NCBI GenBank assembly: GCA_965287045.1
Contig: OZ336892.1
Span: forward strand, 38,068,001 to 38,132,000
Reading direction: 5' to 3'
Source: Carcharhinus amblyrhynchos
Lineage: Eukaryota
Length of the DNA: 64,000 bases
In this document: piece after piece, positions 11,776 through 25,389 of the stretch
Numbering within the stretch: the first letter of the stretch is position 1
Layout of the letters: each line of letters starts with the position of its first letter
Notes under the pieces: model-generated
Told to the model about the DNA's origin: nothing
Seen by the model: the letters and a program-made list of their open reading frames with translations, nothing else
Database searches by the model: none
Program-made: the position numbers and the translations under genes

Positions 11776-12806
11776 GGCCTGAGGACTCTGTCTTCTCGGC
11801 TCGGGGCAATGGCTGATGTGTAAAGCCATTTCCAAGATAAAAGCAAAATACTGCAGATTCTACAAATAAGGTAAAACAGAAAATGCTGGAAAAGAACTCA
11901 GCAGACCCAGTAGTACCTGGAAGGAGAAACAGACTTAACGTTTCATATCAGTGTGGCTTTCCTGCAAAGCATTAACGTTACCAAGTCTTGAACCAGATAG
12001 GGCTTGAGAACTGAAAGCACGTGGGTCAATTTTCATCTCACTGGCACATGGACGTGAATCAGCTGTATATTTTAAAGTGCCAATGTTCTGTGTCTCAGAC
12101 AACCCAAGAGCGATACAAGTTTCTAACCGATTACTATGAGTTGCACAGTCAGGAAATACTCAGAGCACAACTCCCATTAAAACTCAGCTTTGCTCGAGGA
12201 ATTGATAAAAAGATCAGCCAGCTGGAAAATGTGTTCAGTACTGGACAGGCAGAGAGAGACAGAGAGAGAGACAGCCACTCAGAAACATCCTGATCAAAGT
12301 TAATGTACTGTAGCACAGAAAATGAGGCAGGGAAAGTTGTATTGGAGTGCTCTGTCACAGAACGACGCAACACAATGAATAACTAGCCCTATTCATATCT
12401 CAAATTCTTAAGTTCGTTTTACTCCCTCTTCCCAAAGGGTTCTTCCACTTGAAGCCAGCAGATGGTGCAGTCGGCCTAGCCTTTACTTTAAACTGCACAT
12501 TAAAGCACAGGTTTCACCTTTTCGCGAAAAGGAATTGCTGCCTTTGTCTTAAATGGGGGATAAAATCAGAGCTGACTGCCTTGCACAGGAATGGCTCAGG
12601 CGTGCTGTGAGAATTCCTCATTAGGTTTTGTTTTTATTTCTATAACCAGCAGACTGAAAAATCAAATGGTTCCTCAGCTTATCCTCACTATGTATTTTCA
12701 CAATTTGAAGAAAGGGAGTCCATCTGAAATGTTAATAAAGCAAATAAATATCAAGAAGGGGAGCTGATCAATCACATCATCCCATTCATCCCTTCAGTAA
12801 TTCGAC

Positions 12807-13245
12807 TCACCCAGTCCAGCTCCCCCAGACCACCCCCGCTCCCCAGACCATGCCCCCGCTTCTCCCAGACCACATCCCCCTCTCCCAGTCTGGCCTCCAA
12901 TCCATCCAAACTGGCCCCCACTCTGGCTCCCTGAGACCAACCCTTGCTCTAGCCAGAACCACATCCACCCCCCTCCCCCGCTCCTCCACACCAGCCCCCA
13001 ACTCTGCCCAGAACCGCATCCTCCCATCCCACTCTGCCCAGACCACCCTCACACACCCAGACCAACCCCTGCTCCATCCAGAACTGCATCCTCCCACCTC
13101 ACTCTGCCCAGTAGCACATCCTCCCAACCCACTCTGCCCAGGCCACCCTCACACACCCAGACCAATCTCTGCTCCATCCAGAACCGCATCGTCCACCCCA
13201 CTCTGCCCAGACCAGCCCCTACTCCAGTTCCCCAGACCAGCTCTC
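12807..13245. repeat. Degenerate C-rich minisatellite
   Basis: Recurring cactctgcccagacca, ccagaaccgcatcctccca and ctcccccagacca units. Confidence 0.85.
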
Positions 13246-13329
13246 AAAGTTTAAACCAGGTAACTTGACCCCAATTGATCAAGGCTTTACCCTGGGAATA
13301 AATTAGCAACTGACTCGCTGTCACTTTTT

Positions 13330-14070
13330 TTTAAAATCAGAAACAGGCACAATGTGTGTACAAGACCATTCTGTCTGCATAGAACATGGCTCTGTGTAAC
13401 TCCCAGTACATCACACTGGGAACCTGACTAACAATATTAAACTGGTTGTCAGAGTAATTCTCAGCACACAGCATTATTTACCAAACATTGTCCAATGACT
13501 GAATCACATCTAAGGTTGAACATGATGTTTTGAGCTTTGCAAGCTTCAGCCGGTTGGTTACAATCTGTACCTCGCACATTACAAACTGTGGCTGGGACAT
13601 GCTGCCTAATATGATCTGCCAGTCATTACAAAGTACAGCCTACATACCTAGCATCACACAGGCACTGAAATTCATAAACCACACGGCTCATTTATGTGAT
13701 AGACTCAATGTCTTTTTAGCTCAGCAGCAGCAGCCTGTTAGTGGTGAATCCACTTGCATTGCTACCGTATAGTAGCGTGAAGCAGCTAGCTTCACCTGTT
13801 GCTCAAAGTTTTAAGATAGCTCGCCCTTTCAAGGTAATCTGTGGTAGGCTGACCACTTTTCAGCGCTGGAGTGATGGCCTTAGGTCCAGTCATGAGTTTG
13901 CACAATATGCAGTGCAAAATGATCTGATCAGGGCTGCCATTATCCCACAGGATGTCTTTGATGTGCCCTATTTCAGCATCAAGCTGGTATGGTGAGCAAA
14001 TGGCTTGGACTCTACTTACAAGATTACCGATAAGACCAATCTGATAGCACGAAGTATCTCAAAAAATGGG
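13330..14070 (-). mobile_element. Penelope-like element remnant (RT thumb plus GIY-YIG endonuclease)
   Basis: Minus-strand translation gives YQIGLIGNLVSRVQAICSPYQLDAEIGHIKDILWDNG and VVYEFQCLCDARYVG...LADHIRQHVP. Confidence 0.75.
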
Positions 14071-15160
14071 TTGTGTCTGTCCAGTACTCAGGCACTGCTC
14101 CCGTGGCATGCATGATGTTGTAGGACCCTCCTCCTCCAGTGTCTAAAACTTCAGAGGGAAAAGCCGGCAGCACAGGGTGCGGGCTACACACTGCACTTCC
14201 TGCCCAAGTTGACACTGAAAAAACAGAGAACATTTTGCTCTTTGCCTCATCACTGATACCCCCTTACAAAGGAGATGATTCCCAATGCTACTTTCTGACT
14301 CCTCCTCTTCACACCTTTTTGAAGGGTGGCAATCAGAATTGTTAACGGAGAATTTCAGATAAAGAAGTCCCTTTGGCGCTCATCCTCCAGAACATCACCC
14401 TTACTTGCAGTCTTCTCATTCTTGATTCGTGTCCTTTCTACCCTTTTCTGTTAAGGTCCAGGTCCAGCAGATGTGCTAACCCAAAACGCTATACTGTGCC
14501 AAAAAACTCAAACAGCCCTGGGAATTGCTTATGACAATTACACTGTGCAGTTACACACAGACTAGTTAACAAATATAGAACCTGCACTGACAGTTCCATC
14601 GTTTTGTGTGCTGCATATTTTCTTGTGTTTAGTATTCCAGTCTGGTTCACATTCCAAAGGTGAGGAGAGTAATCTGCTTTGCCAGATATCTAGTATTACC
14701 CGAAGATGTTAACAGAGAATTCTTATTTTTACATAGGCCACTGGGGTAGAATACATGCAACTGCTCCTCTCTTTATGAGGCAGATGAAAATAGCACAGAG
14801 TTGGGATGAGGTGCAGACTATATTATTTATATATTAAAAAATACATGAATGAACAGCATAATTTTCTATGTTGCATTTAAACAGCTTCCCCCTCCAGTGG
14901 CATTCTGGGAAACTCCAAGATAGATGGATTCAAGCTGCCCATCTCCCTTAGAACCTTCAGGTAAATCTCTACCCTTTGACATGATTTAATCAACTTCTGC
15001 CTTAGCCAAGTCTCTGGTTGCAAAAGGAGCTGCCTTCTCACAATGATCTAAAACATTTGAGGGGGTATGTAACAATTACATTTCTACCAAACAACTACCA
15101 AAGTGAGCTCCAGGTCGCAAGCTTTGGGAATGGATCCCTCAAGCTGCATATAGTGCTACA

Positions 15161-15912
15161 TGTGATGGTAGTAGTGCAATTGATATGGATATGTATGGTT
15201 TTTTTGTATTCAAGGTGAATGTTTAAAAATTCAGCTTTATGCTGCAGGCAGTCAGTAAGTCTGGAGTGAATTCCACTCAGATGCTGGGAGAGCAGGATAA
15301 TTGTTCATTCCAACCTTGCAAGTGGTTATGTTAAATAGAGTTAATGGACTTTTGTTTACTTAATTCCCCTGGACTTTCGGATTAGAGTGACTGACAGGAT
15401 CACATGACATTGTGGTTTATGTACAGTCTTGAATCTATAGAGGAGAAAAACAGGCTTTTGCAGAAAGGACTTGGAGTTTGCCTTTTCTTGTTGAAGTTAG
15501 GAGAGTTTTGCAGGGTTCTAAAAGCTCTATATCTCTCTGAAAACTCCAAGGCTGTCTACACTCATTATAGCAAGTGTATTTGTGATTGCTAAATATATTT
15601 CAAATGGCCTTTATGTCTCTAAGAGGAACGTTGCTTATTTGGAACTGAAACAGACGTAAGCTACAAGAGTTTCTTTCTTTCATTTTTAAATATCAGTCAA
15701 CTGTTAATAGTTAAGCTGCTTCATTTCATTAGAGTCATATTTAAAATGTGTAATTAAATAAAGTTTTGTTCTCCTATAAAAGATCCCTAATTAGTCAGGC
15801 AATCATTCCTGGAAGGAAGTATCCTTTCCTCATTTATACCAAAATAGAAAAATTGTTAGGGTCTAGTCTGGCTTCCTAGTGTAATTTGGGGTTCTGGTCT
15901 GGGACCCCAACA
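15161..15912 (+). mobile_element. Possible solo LTR
   Basis: Has TG...CA ends (ends ccccaaca) and AATAAA at about 15757. The 5' boundary and target-site duplication were not resolved. Confidence 0.35.
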
Positions 15913-16059
15913 AAAGAAATACAACTTAAAAAACGAAATCAGCCTCAGGTTAACACAACAGAATCCAGTTTACCCTTGGCAGATTTAGAAATGTTTTGAA
16001 GCACATGTGGAGTTTATTTCTCTCCCCCAACCACCCCCCCATAGCCTGTCCTGGTCCTC

Positions 16060-16601
16060 CACGCTGACAGTATAGTTAAGAAAGCCCACCAATGCCTCTA
16101 CTTTTTCAGAATTCTGAGGAAATTTGACAGATCAGCTGCAACTCTCACCAACTTTTACAGATGCACCATAGAAAGCATTCTTTCTGGTTGTATCATAGTT
16201 TGGTAGGGCTCCTCCTCTACCCAAAACTGCAAGAAACTACAAAAGATTGTGAATGAAGCTCAGTCCATCACACAAACCAGCCTCCCATCCACTGACTCAG
16301 CAAAGGAGCCAACATAATTAAGGACCCCACATACCCTGGGCATTCTCTCTTCCACCTTCCTCCATCAAAAAAAGATACAGAAGTCTGAGGTCATGTACCA
16401 ACTGACTCAAGAACAGCTTCTTCTCTACTGCCATCAAACCTTTGAATGGACGCACCTTGCATTAAGCTGATCTTTCTCTACACCCTAGCTATGACTGTAA
16501 CACTACATTCTGCACTCCTTTCCTTCTCTTTGAAGAGTATATTTTGACTGTATGGCACGCAAGAAACAACACTTCACGTGACAACAATAAATCAAATCAA
16601 A
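16060..16601 (+). mobile_element. Rex1/Babar-type LINE 3' end
   Basis: KKAHQCLYFFRILRKF...TLTNFYRCTIESILSGCI, ending in an aataaatcaaatcaaa tail. Confidence 0.75.
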
Positions 16602-19249
16602 GTGTTGCGCAACATGGGCATCAAGAGTGTTTCTTTCATTAATACAAATGTCTGTGGTTAAGCCTAAAGGTTCATGTCTGTTTAAGTTTGTCCTTAATAA
16701 AAATCTTGAAGTCAAAAACTGACAGTAAAAGTAAACAGGAGTGTGCTCCTCTTGCATGAAGCAAAATAACTTTTTGCAAATAGAACCAAAGTAGAGGTTT
16801 TCAACTTGCCACAAAACAGTCTCTGCTTTAAACATTTGGGGATGCCCAAGACATGCAAAGCTTTAATAAAACTGTCTTTCCTCCTTGACATCAAGTTCAA
16901 AATAAGCATCAAGTGCTATTGTTTCAACATGATCTACCTCAGAACAGTCACCTTGTGAATAAAGTAACCTCTGACCCAAGTGGGTGTAGCTTACATACAG
17001 GGAGGTGCTCAGGAAGGACAATAAGCAAGTCTGTATTGAATGGCAAGAGCTGACCCAAGTCTCACTGCAGTCAAAAAGTTTGGACTTTATTTTCTCATTT
17101 AAACAAACAGACCCCCATGTTAGTTATTCCGTAAAGTTAGTTTTTGTTTGGTTTGATGTTTTATTGCATCTTCTCACTTATTTTCTTTTGTAACTAAACT
17201 AGTGGTTCTCATGCGAGCATGCACCGAGTTAGTGATGTGCCATGTTCTGGTTTCTAAGGTGACAGGAGATTGAGATGGACATTCCAAGTGTTTGCTTCAT
17301 TATTAGGCCTGGGTTACAATAATGCACTGACAGCATGGGGTACAAACCCAGGTTTCAGTTCACTGCAGATACTTCGGAAAGCTGCGGTCTAGCAAGGGAA
17401 ACGAAGGAAATGTGCTGGGCAAAAGCCCAAACTGTAACAATCTATCATTATGAATGGTGAGCCTTGCAGAGGCACAGACTGAATATCTCTCTATAATCCC
17501 CATTTGTCAACCCTACCACTGAACTCTTTTATACCGCATACCGCCCCGGGTTTCCTCAGCAACAGCCACAAATGCTCACAGAATGCCTCTGTGGCAGATA
17601 TTCACATCAGGAAGTGGGGTGTGCATACCTTTATTCATAACCTTGGCTCGGTCAATCATCTACTGGAAGTTTGCTCTAATTCTCAAAAAAAAATCTGATA
17701 TTATCCTCAACTACATCAGGGCTTGTCTCTACTACAGATAGGCAGGGCTGATTTGAGAGGTTTGGGCTTCACTCCTATTGTGCAGGCCAAGCATCAAAAG
17801 AGTGGGCTGTTATTCCAAGGGGATCAAAGATATGGATTCCTGATGGGGAATTCAGAAATTTACGTGCATGTTAAAATGCGAGGACAACAAATAAATGGGC
17901 CGCAAAAATAATCAGAGAGCAATAACACAGGATTAGTTTCAGTTCAGCATGTCGGCAAAATATCTATTCTACTGCTTTACCTCACCATATCAGAATGATA
18001 ATCTTCTCTTCAGCTTTATAATCACAATCCAAATCCTCTCCTAACTCCAGTCTACTGTTTGCTCCCCATGTTCGCTATTTCACCTTCAAAGCTAGCTTTT
18101 CTTTCATCACATCACCTGCTCTCTGGTGTTATCTCCCAAAACCATTCTCTACTTACTTCCAAAAAAATTCTATCCTTTCAGCCACGTCTCAGCACAGACC
18201 TCCCTCCCCCACTCCCTTCAATTCCTTTCCCTTCTCGCTGCTCATGTTTCTGCCTTGCTAAGTTACACAAAGGCATGATACTCTGCAAGGAACCTGATAT
18301 AAATTGCTTTTGTCCATTTTCAACAATCATGAGGTTACTTCCCGATCAACAGAAAATGCTGCAGTTAAGTTCATCCCAGATGATTCTGATAAATCGGAAC
18401 GCTTAACCAATAATGGTCAAACAACTGTACGGTTGACTGTACGGTTCCTGATGTAGGTGCCTGGACTTCTTGGAATCTCCCCCACTAATTAATCACCCCA
18501 TACTCAAATGCTGAAGCCATTCAGCCTCATCATTCCATTTTGGCAAATTGCAGTTTTCTTCTTGAAAGCATCTCCTCGGGAAACATTGCTGTCTACTATT
18601 TTTGGAAAGAAGTGCTTCCCTCAGGGTTAACAGAACACAACAGTAAAATGTTTTTGCTTTGTAAGAAACACAAATGTAAGTCATCTAAGTAATCTCTGCT
18701 TAATCCTTATAGGTCTGTGATGCATGAGCTGCCTTTAAAAAAACAGATAGCAAGTGGATATTATCTATCGATGAGTCTGCTAAACACAGATGTTGTATCT
18801 GGCGTGTACGGAGAGTTGATTTAACTGTTGGATTCTGCAGTTAAGAGCTCTAACCCCCTCTCACAGAATAGGATACTTTCCGACCTGTTAAAATCAAATA
18901 CCATCATCTAACGCAAACACATTCAAAAGAAACACAACATAGCATTAAACGTTTTTAAAAAAAAAATCACAAAGGAGTGGATTCTAAAATGCTGACATGT
19001 TGGTGCTTTAAGGTAATTTAAATATGCTAACTGGCCAATAAGGAAACTCCGACAACAGGGGAAAACTGCTGTGCACCAATTCCTATCACTTCACTCAAAT
19101 AAACATTAGACAATTCTGTCCAATGTCAGTATATGTGACACCCGACCTGCTCGAAGGAGAGGCATGGGGAAGGGGCAGCATGTGCAGAGCGATAGGTATA
19201 TTCAACGCTTCCAGTTCAGGACCATCTCTGGGTATGGTGAAATATCAGA

Positions 19250-19542
19250 TGGTGGCAGCAAAGTGGTTAGCACTGCTGCTTCACAGCGTCAGGAATCTGG
19301 GTCCAATTCTCGGCTTGGGTCACTGTCTGTGCAGAGTCTGCACATTCTTCCCACGGGTTTCCTCGGGGTGCTCTGGTTTCCTCCCACAGTCTGAAAGACA
19401 TGCTGGTCAGGTGCACTAGCTGTGCTAAATTCTCCATCAGTCTACACGAACCAGAGTGTGGCGAATGGGGGATTTTCACAGTAACTTCATTGCAGTGTTA
19501 CTGTAAGCCTACTTGTGACACGAACAAATAAACTTTAAACTT
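19250..19542 (+). mobile_element. Near full-length V-SINE/HE1-type SINE
   Basis: tRNA-like head, central V-domain-like core and the same tail as the 5181-5478 copy, in the opposite orientation. Confidence 0.8.
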
Positions 19543-20444
19543 TTAGAACTATGACCTCTTGTTTTAGATTGCCCTACAAGATAAAAACATTCCCTCCATG
19601 TTTACTTTGTTAATCTCCCTTATCATCTTGTACACCTCAATTAGATCTCCACTTGGCCTAAATTGCCCAATGATATTACATACATACATAAGTTTGTGAA
19701 AATAATTGAAATGCAAGTTAACGAGTTATGGGTCAAAAAAGACGCAAAGGAAAATAAAGAGGAACACTTGGCTAACTCAATGAAAAACAGTTTTCATACA
19801 AATTTGTGTAAACCTCATTATTAAAAGAAACAGGAGTTAATTCTGGTTGAAAAGTATTTTGTTGCACAAGCCTAAACCAGATGTGGTGAAGGCAGGTAGA
19901 AATAATGATTCCAAATGGTAAAAATGGACCCAATTATCAGTTAGCAAAATCAAGCCTCAGAACATGTACCTGTTGAGATTGCACTTGACACTATTAGACC
20001 AAAACACGTCATCATCGATCCTCAGTTTCTGATAGAAACAAATAAAGGACGGAGATTCTAACATATCAAACACTTGCAACAATAGGGGTTCACTGTAACA
20101 GACCTACAAAACATGGCAAAACATTATCTCTCACCCTCCAACTACGCCCATCACTTCTGCCAAGGCTGGAAAATTATACATCACAGCAACCTGCATGTGC
20201 AGAAGGACATTGTGGCTCTTTGAGTGTCTGAAAGCATGGAGAGTTTAAAAGCCATGCTAACCATTGCTCTAAACAGTCTTTGGACCTGCACTTTAGTCGG
20301 GTGAAAGTCAGAGTATCAACCCAGCACCCTCTCAGGCGTTCCCAGATTCCTTAGGCTTGTCAAAACCTGCACTAATTCCAGTGGGGGCACAAAGGTCCGG
20401 CACCCTGCACCACTCACCAAATCAGCAGCTACCACAGCATTTTC

Positions 20445-20935
20445 GTGTCGGTCAGAAAGTTTTGCATTCAGGTTTCATTCCAGAGATCCGAGCACATAAT
20501 CTAGGTTGACAGTCATGCCTAAACAGGGAACACTGCACTGTCGAAGATACTGATCCGAATTTTACCATCCCATCCGCCACAGGAATTGGAGTGGGCAAGG
20601 GGCAGCCCATGAAAAGATCTGTTGACCTTGGGCAGGATTTTACAGTTTTGGGATGAGCGAGGCCTTAAAATCCTGCCCGCCTTTTTTTCATTTGAGATTT
20701 TAAACCTAACCTTGCTGGCGGACATAAACAATCCTACACCATGATTAAAAAGGAGAGCAGGAAAGTTCTCTTGAACATTTTTACCTCAACAAGCACCTAA
20801 AACAGGTGAACTGGTCATTTATTTCATCACTATTGTGGGAACTTACTGCACACAAACTGATTACAACATACAACATTGACTGCATTTCTAAAGTACCTCA
20901 TCTAGTGGTCAGAAAGGTGTTACATGTCTTTCTTT
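20445..20935 (+). mobile_element. Deu-type SINE interrupted by a MITE (about 20555-20680)
   Basis: The SINE resembles 42714-43385. The insert gaattttaccatc...taaaatcctgccc has inverted termini, and a related inverted copy lies at about 41438-41551. Confidence 0.55.
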
Positions 20936-21186
20936 CATTTCCCTGGGTGGACCAAGTACTCAGGTGACTGTGCAAGCAGCCAGAACAGTTTTTACAATAT
21001 TGTCCACACAGACCTACAGCCTGTCCAGGATTTGCAGTCATGAAAAAATCATGAACGTGACTTAAAAGCAACCGTGTGTAAAGTTTCACATGTGGAGTTG
21101 CTTCAATACTGCAGCTGTGTTTCCCACATTTTAAAGTCTCTCTTTTACCGAGTTGCACATTATCCTGGCATTCAAAAACAACGTGC

Positions 21187-21275
21187 CTTCCGCAGTAGAT
21201 CCGCATGGTTCTGAACCAGCTCCGTGTACTTCTCCTTTAATTTCGTGTACCTTTGTTCATTGGCTTGAGCTTTCC
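21187..21275 (-). CDS. HIP1: HIP1 coding exon (about exon 15), clathrin light chain-binding DLLRK, with a GC donor
   Basis: 89 nt, cccag|GG AAA...AAG|gcacgt. Translates RKAQANEQRYTKLKEKYTELVQNHADLLRK. Confidence 0.93.
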
Positions 21276-21334
21276 CTGGGAAACAAGAAAAAAAATTCTC
21301 CTGTCTATAGTTTGTCATTAGACTCAGAGATATA

Positions 21335-21755
21335 CAACATAGAAACAGTCCCCTGCCCAACTCATCCACAACAACCAGGTTTCTGAAAGAGAACTAGTCC
21401 CATTTGCCTGTGTTTGGCCCATAACTCTCTAATCCGCGCCCATCTTTTAAATGTTGCAATTGTATCTGCCTCTACTACCTCCTCTGGCAGCTCGTCCCCT
21501 ATATGCACCACCCTCTGTGAGAAAAAGTTGCCCCTCGGGTCCCTTTTAAATCTTTCCCTCTCACCCTAAACCTATGTCCTCTAGTTTTGGACTGCCCTGC
21601 CCTGGGGAAAAGACCTTGGCTCTTCACCTTATCTATGTCCCTCATGATTTTATAAACCACTACGAGGTCACCCCTTATCCTCCCACACTCCAGGGAAAAA
21701 AGTCCCAGCCTATCCAGCGACTCCTTATAATTCAAACCTTCCAGTCGTGGTATTG
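21335..21755 (-). mobile_element. CR1 LINE 3' end
   Basis: YKESLDRLGLFSLECGRIRGDLVVVYKIMRDIDKV...TRGHRFRV. Confidence 0.85.
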
Positions 21756-22503
21756 AGGTTCACATTTCTGAAACATTGTCATGTTTAAACTTTATCCTTT
21801 AAGTTAGCTCAAATTCGACTGCTCCACCAACAGTGATGCCAAGTCCCACACATCTCAGCTCAGCTGGGCAGTTTGATCTCAACCATCCAGCAGCTGGTGA
21901 ACTACAATTAGGTTTGATACAACTGGGGTTGAGAATGAAGTACAAGTCATCTACTGCTAATTATTATCAGAGGCTCTTGCTTGGAAGTGTGCTTATGAGG
22001 ATGTTGTTAGGAGGCAGAATACTGCAGTGATTTTCCATCCTCCCGGATCCGAACAACCAACTGATGTTCGTTCTGCTTTTTGATACTCAAATGTCGAGTC
22101 ACTTTACATTAGCAGACTCACTGCTTTCAATAAGGGAGGAAGATGAAGCATGTTCCCAAAATCATACAGCCTTCCAATGCTGTGAATTCCGTTCCCTCGC
22201 AGCAATTTTAGATCCAAAAAATGGCAACACAGCTGACGTACAGGGGTTCAGACTGAACCTTGGCAATGGGTCTGATTGGTCCAATCACAGTACAGGGGAT
22301 CCAATCTGTTATGGAATGGGTAGGTTGAAGGGACACTGAACCCTGGTTGACTGGTTAAGATAATCATTAAATTCACAATGGCAGAGGATTTCTAACGTTA
22401 TTCATTGCATATACGGAATAAAAAGCAGCAGCAGCCAGAGGAATACATCAAAGTATGGGGGCAGTGGTTAATCTTCCCACTTGAAAATAAATTTGGCACT
22501 TAC

Positions 22504-22687
22504 GTTCAATCTCTGTGAGGCTCCTCTGGGCTTTCTCTGTGTCATCTTGTCTCTTCTTCACCTCCTCGAGCTCAGCCTTCAGGAATTCATTCTCATCCAA
22601 CGCTTGCTGCTTCAGGTGCTGCTGCTCAGCCAGTTCTGCCTCTAACTCACTGATTCGACCCTTCAGCTGAGAGATCAGGCGCTTGCT
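22504..22687 (-). CDS. HIP1: HIP1 coding exon (about exon 14), coiled coil
   Basis: 184 nt, ttcag|AGC...C|gtaagt. Translates SKRLISQLKGRISELEAELAEQQHLKQQALDENEFLKAELEEVKKRQDDTEKAQRSLTEIE. Confidence 0.96.
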
Positions 22688-25389
22688 CTGAAACAAGCAG
22701 AAGGAGCTCTTGTGGGATTTGCAACTCACCCATTTCCAATGTGGAAAAACTAAGGCCCACAGGGTAAGGTACCACAGGATGAAAGTAACAGCAGGGAAGA
22801 AGCCAATTTCTGAGGGGCTACCATCCTGTGAAGGACTGTGGGATATTTCCTTAAGATGTGTTGTTGAGATAAATGACAATTAATATAAAAATTGGGTTTT
22901 TAAAAGTCTTATGTTTATATGAGGAGAAAAAGCAGTAGAGTGCCACAGATTTGAGGAAAGAATGAGTTAAGAGTAGGAGACAATAGGAGGAGGCTTCAAT
23001 AAAAGGAGGATAGTGAGTATGTACAACTGGGTATTACGTTCAAAAGCACATGAGACAAAGACACGCACAAGTTGAAATCAAGAGACAGGAAGAAGGAATC
23101 ACTGTCAGAGACACCTTTTCTTGCATTCATCACATCTATTTTCCTCTCCGACACCTAAAACAACTTTACACATTTGTTACCCAGACAGGAACAGCACTGT
23201 TCCTGGGAAACTGGAGCATTTACATAGTGAATCATACTCTGTCTCAGTGAAAATGATCCCAACATTTCAACACACTGCTGTCGCCAGAGTCATGATGCAT
23301 TTTAAGTACTTGCTATTGGTAAAAAACCTCAAGGTAAAGTTAACTTGCACTGATAACACTTCATTTCAATTTGCTGCAATAGTGTCAAACCTGTAACATC
23401 AGTACTTCACCTTGTCACATTAAGCTGTTAGCAATAATGGCAGTCAATTGCACTGTACATTTGTATGACACGCCTGTTTGTTACAGAGCAGAGAACTAAG
23501 TGGTTTATATTGAATAGTTAATGATTCTGTTAAAATAGTAGGCAGAAGAATGTCATAAAAATAATTGACCATGATTATTTCCACAATAATCTTCGGGCTC
23601 AAAATGCTTTTTCCAGACACGGACTGTGTTTTGGACAGGCAAATTCTGCAATTGTCTGGCTGGAGGTTTTCCATAGTTGAAGTAGACATGGTATAAAAAC
23701 TATAGTGAAATCCTAATGGCACCATTGTAATGGGAGGAGGTCAACCTGACTGAATACAGCAGTTTCCAGGAACCAACAGAGCTCTCTCTGTACATAGCTT
23801 CATTCATGTTTTAAAACCAACTCTGCTTCAAACAGTTTCAAGTCGGCTCTTTATTCATAAAAAAAAACTTTCTTTAATTTAGCTGAAGTGAGCGCTGAAC
23901 TGGCAGGTCGGGGGAAACTGAGATGTTAGACCAGGACACATTCCAGGCATCAATATGTCAAACAAATGAATTCCTCTCTGTAAACTCCATTCAGTTCCAC
24001 ATAATGGATATCCGTACTGGCCTTGCAAATGGAGTTATTCCTTCTTTTATGCTACTTGTCTGTCTTAAATTGTTTCCAGGGTTGTCTGGATAGAAAGAAA
24101 CTTTCACTTAAATAACAATTTATCAGATCTCTCAGAAATGTTCCAAAATAGTTCCCAAAGAATTACTTCAAAACGAGCCCTTTTTTTCCCTCCCCACAGG
24201 CATATGTATCAGTCAGCTTGCCCAAAGCAAGGTCCCGCAGGCAGCAACAAGATGGAAGGCATGGCCTCCTAGTGCAGAACAGCAATAACCAGATAACAGA
24301 ATATCAAGGAATATAATAGAATACAAGCTGAAAGAAACAGGGAACAAATGATACCGTCTCTGGTCAACCTGCACTTGACTAATGTCCAGTGTAGACTGCA
24401 GCTTCCCATGCTCAGGGAGGCAAGCATAACAATTAGGTGGAGAGACTAGAGAGGTTGTGTTGTTTAACATTGAGCAGAAAAGTATTCAAAATCATCAGGG
24501 GTTTTGAAATGTAAATAAGGGGAAACTGTTCACAATGGCAAAGATTTGGTAATCATATATTTAAGGTAACTGGCAAAAGAGTCAGAGGTGAGATGAGATT
24601 TTTTTCCTACACTAATTGGTACTGCAATCTTGAATTCACTGCCTTATTGGAGAATCCCTTCAGTAGAAATTTTAGAAGGGAATTCAATAAATACTTGGAA
24701 GGATAAAACTTTGCAGGGAAATAGTTCTTTGAAAGTGCTATAACAGACACAAATGGATCAAACGGCCGCATGCTGTGGTGTAAGATTCTAAGATAATAGT
24801 AAACGGTGACTTCATTTGGTAAATGTCGAGTTTGGCAGCCTTCTTTCGTCTGTCTCAATTTTTTTGTCTGCATCACTTGCCCCACTGAATGTTGCTGGCA
24901 AATTATCATGTCTTTTGGTCATGAGTCAAGTAGAAGCAGTCAGCTACATGGTGGAATTATATTCGAATCAGTGGTGCTTGCCATGGTCAGTGACTTGCAC
25001 TAATCAAAATCAACAGTCTAAAACTTTAATGGTCTGGGTACTATGTTGTCACGATCACTTACTGTTATCAGCACAGTTCGCTGGCAGTGATCATTTAAAT
25101 AGAAGCTGTTGAAAGGCAAGTGCCTCAGTTGGATCATTAATCTACATCATCTAACACATTAACTGCAAACATTATTTCTTCACTGTAAAGAATTCCAAAG
25201 ATAAGTCAATGATTAGTGTTTAGACCTCACTGGCACTTGAAACTGCTGAGCCCCGTCACATTCAGATTGTTGATTTTGGGTTGTAAGCAAAAACGGGACA
25301 TTTTAAATAGCGGCAGTATTCTGAACAGCCAGTTAGAGGCAACAGTCCGAGTGCCCACTTCATTATCAAGAATCTGTGCTTACTGTAGA

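Noticed and set aside
12794-13254. Pro-rich and Gly/Trp-rich ORFs
   Set aside because: They are by-products of a C-rich minisatellite.
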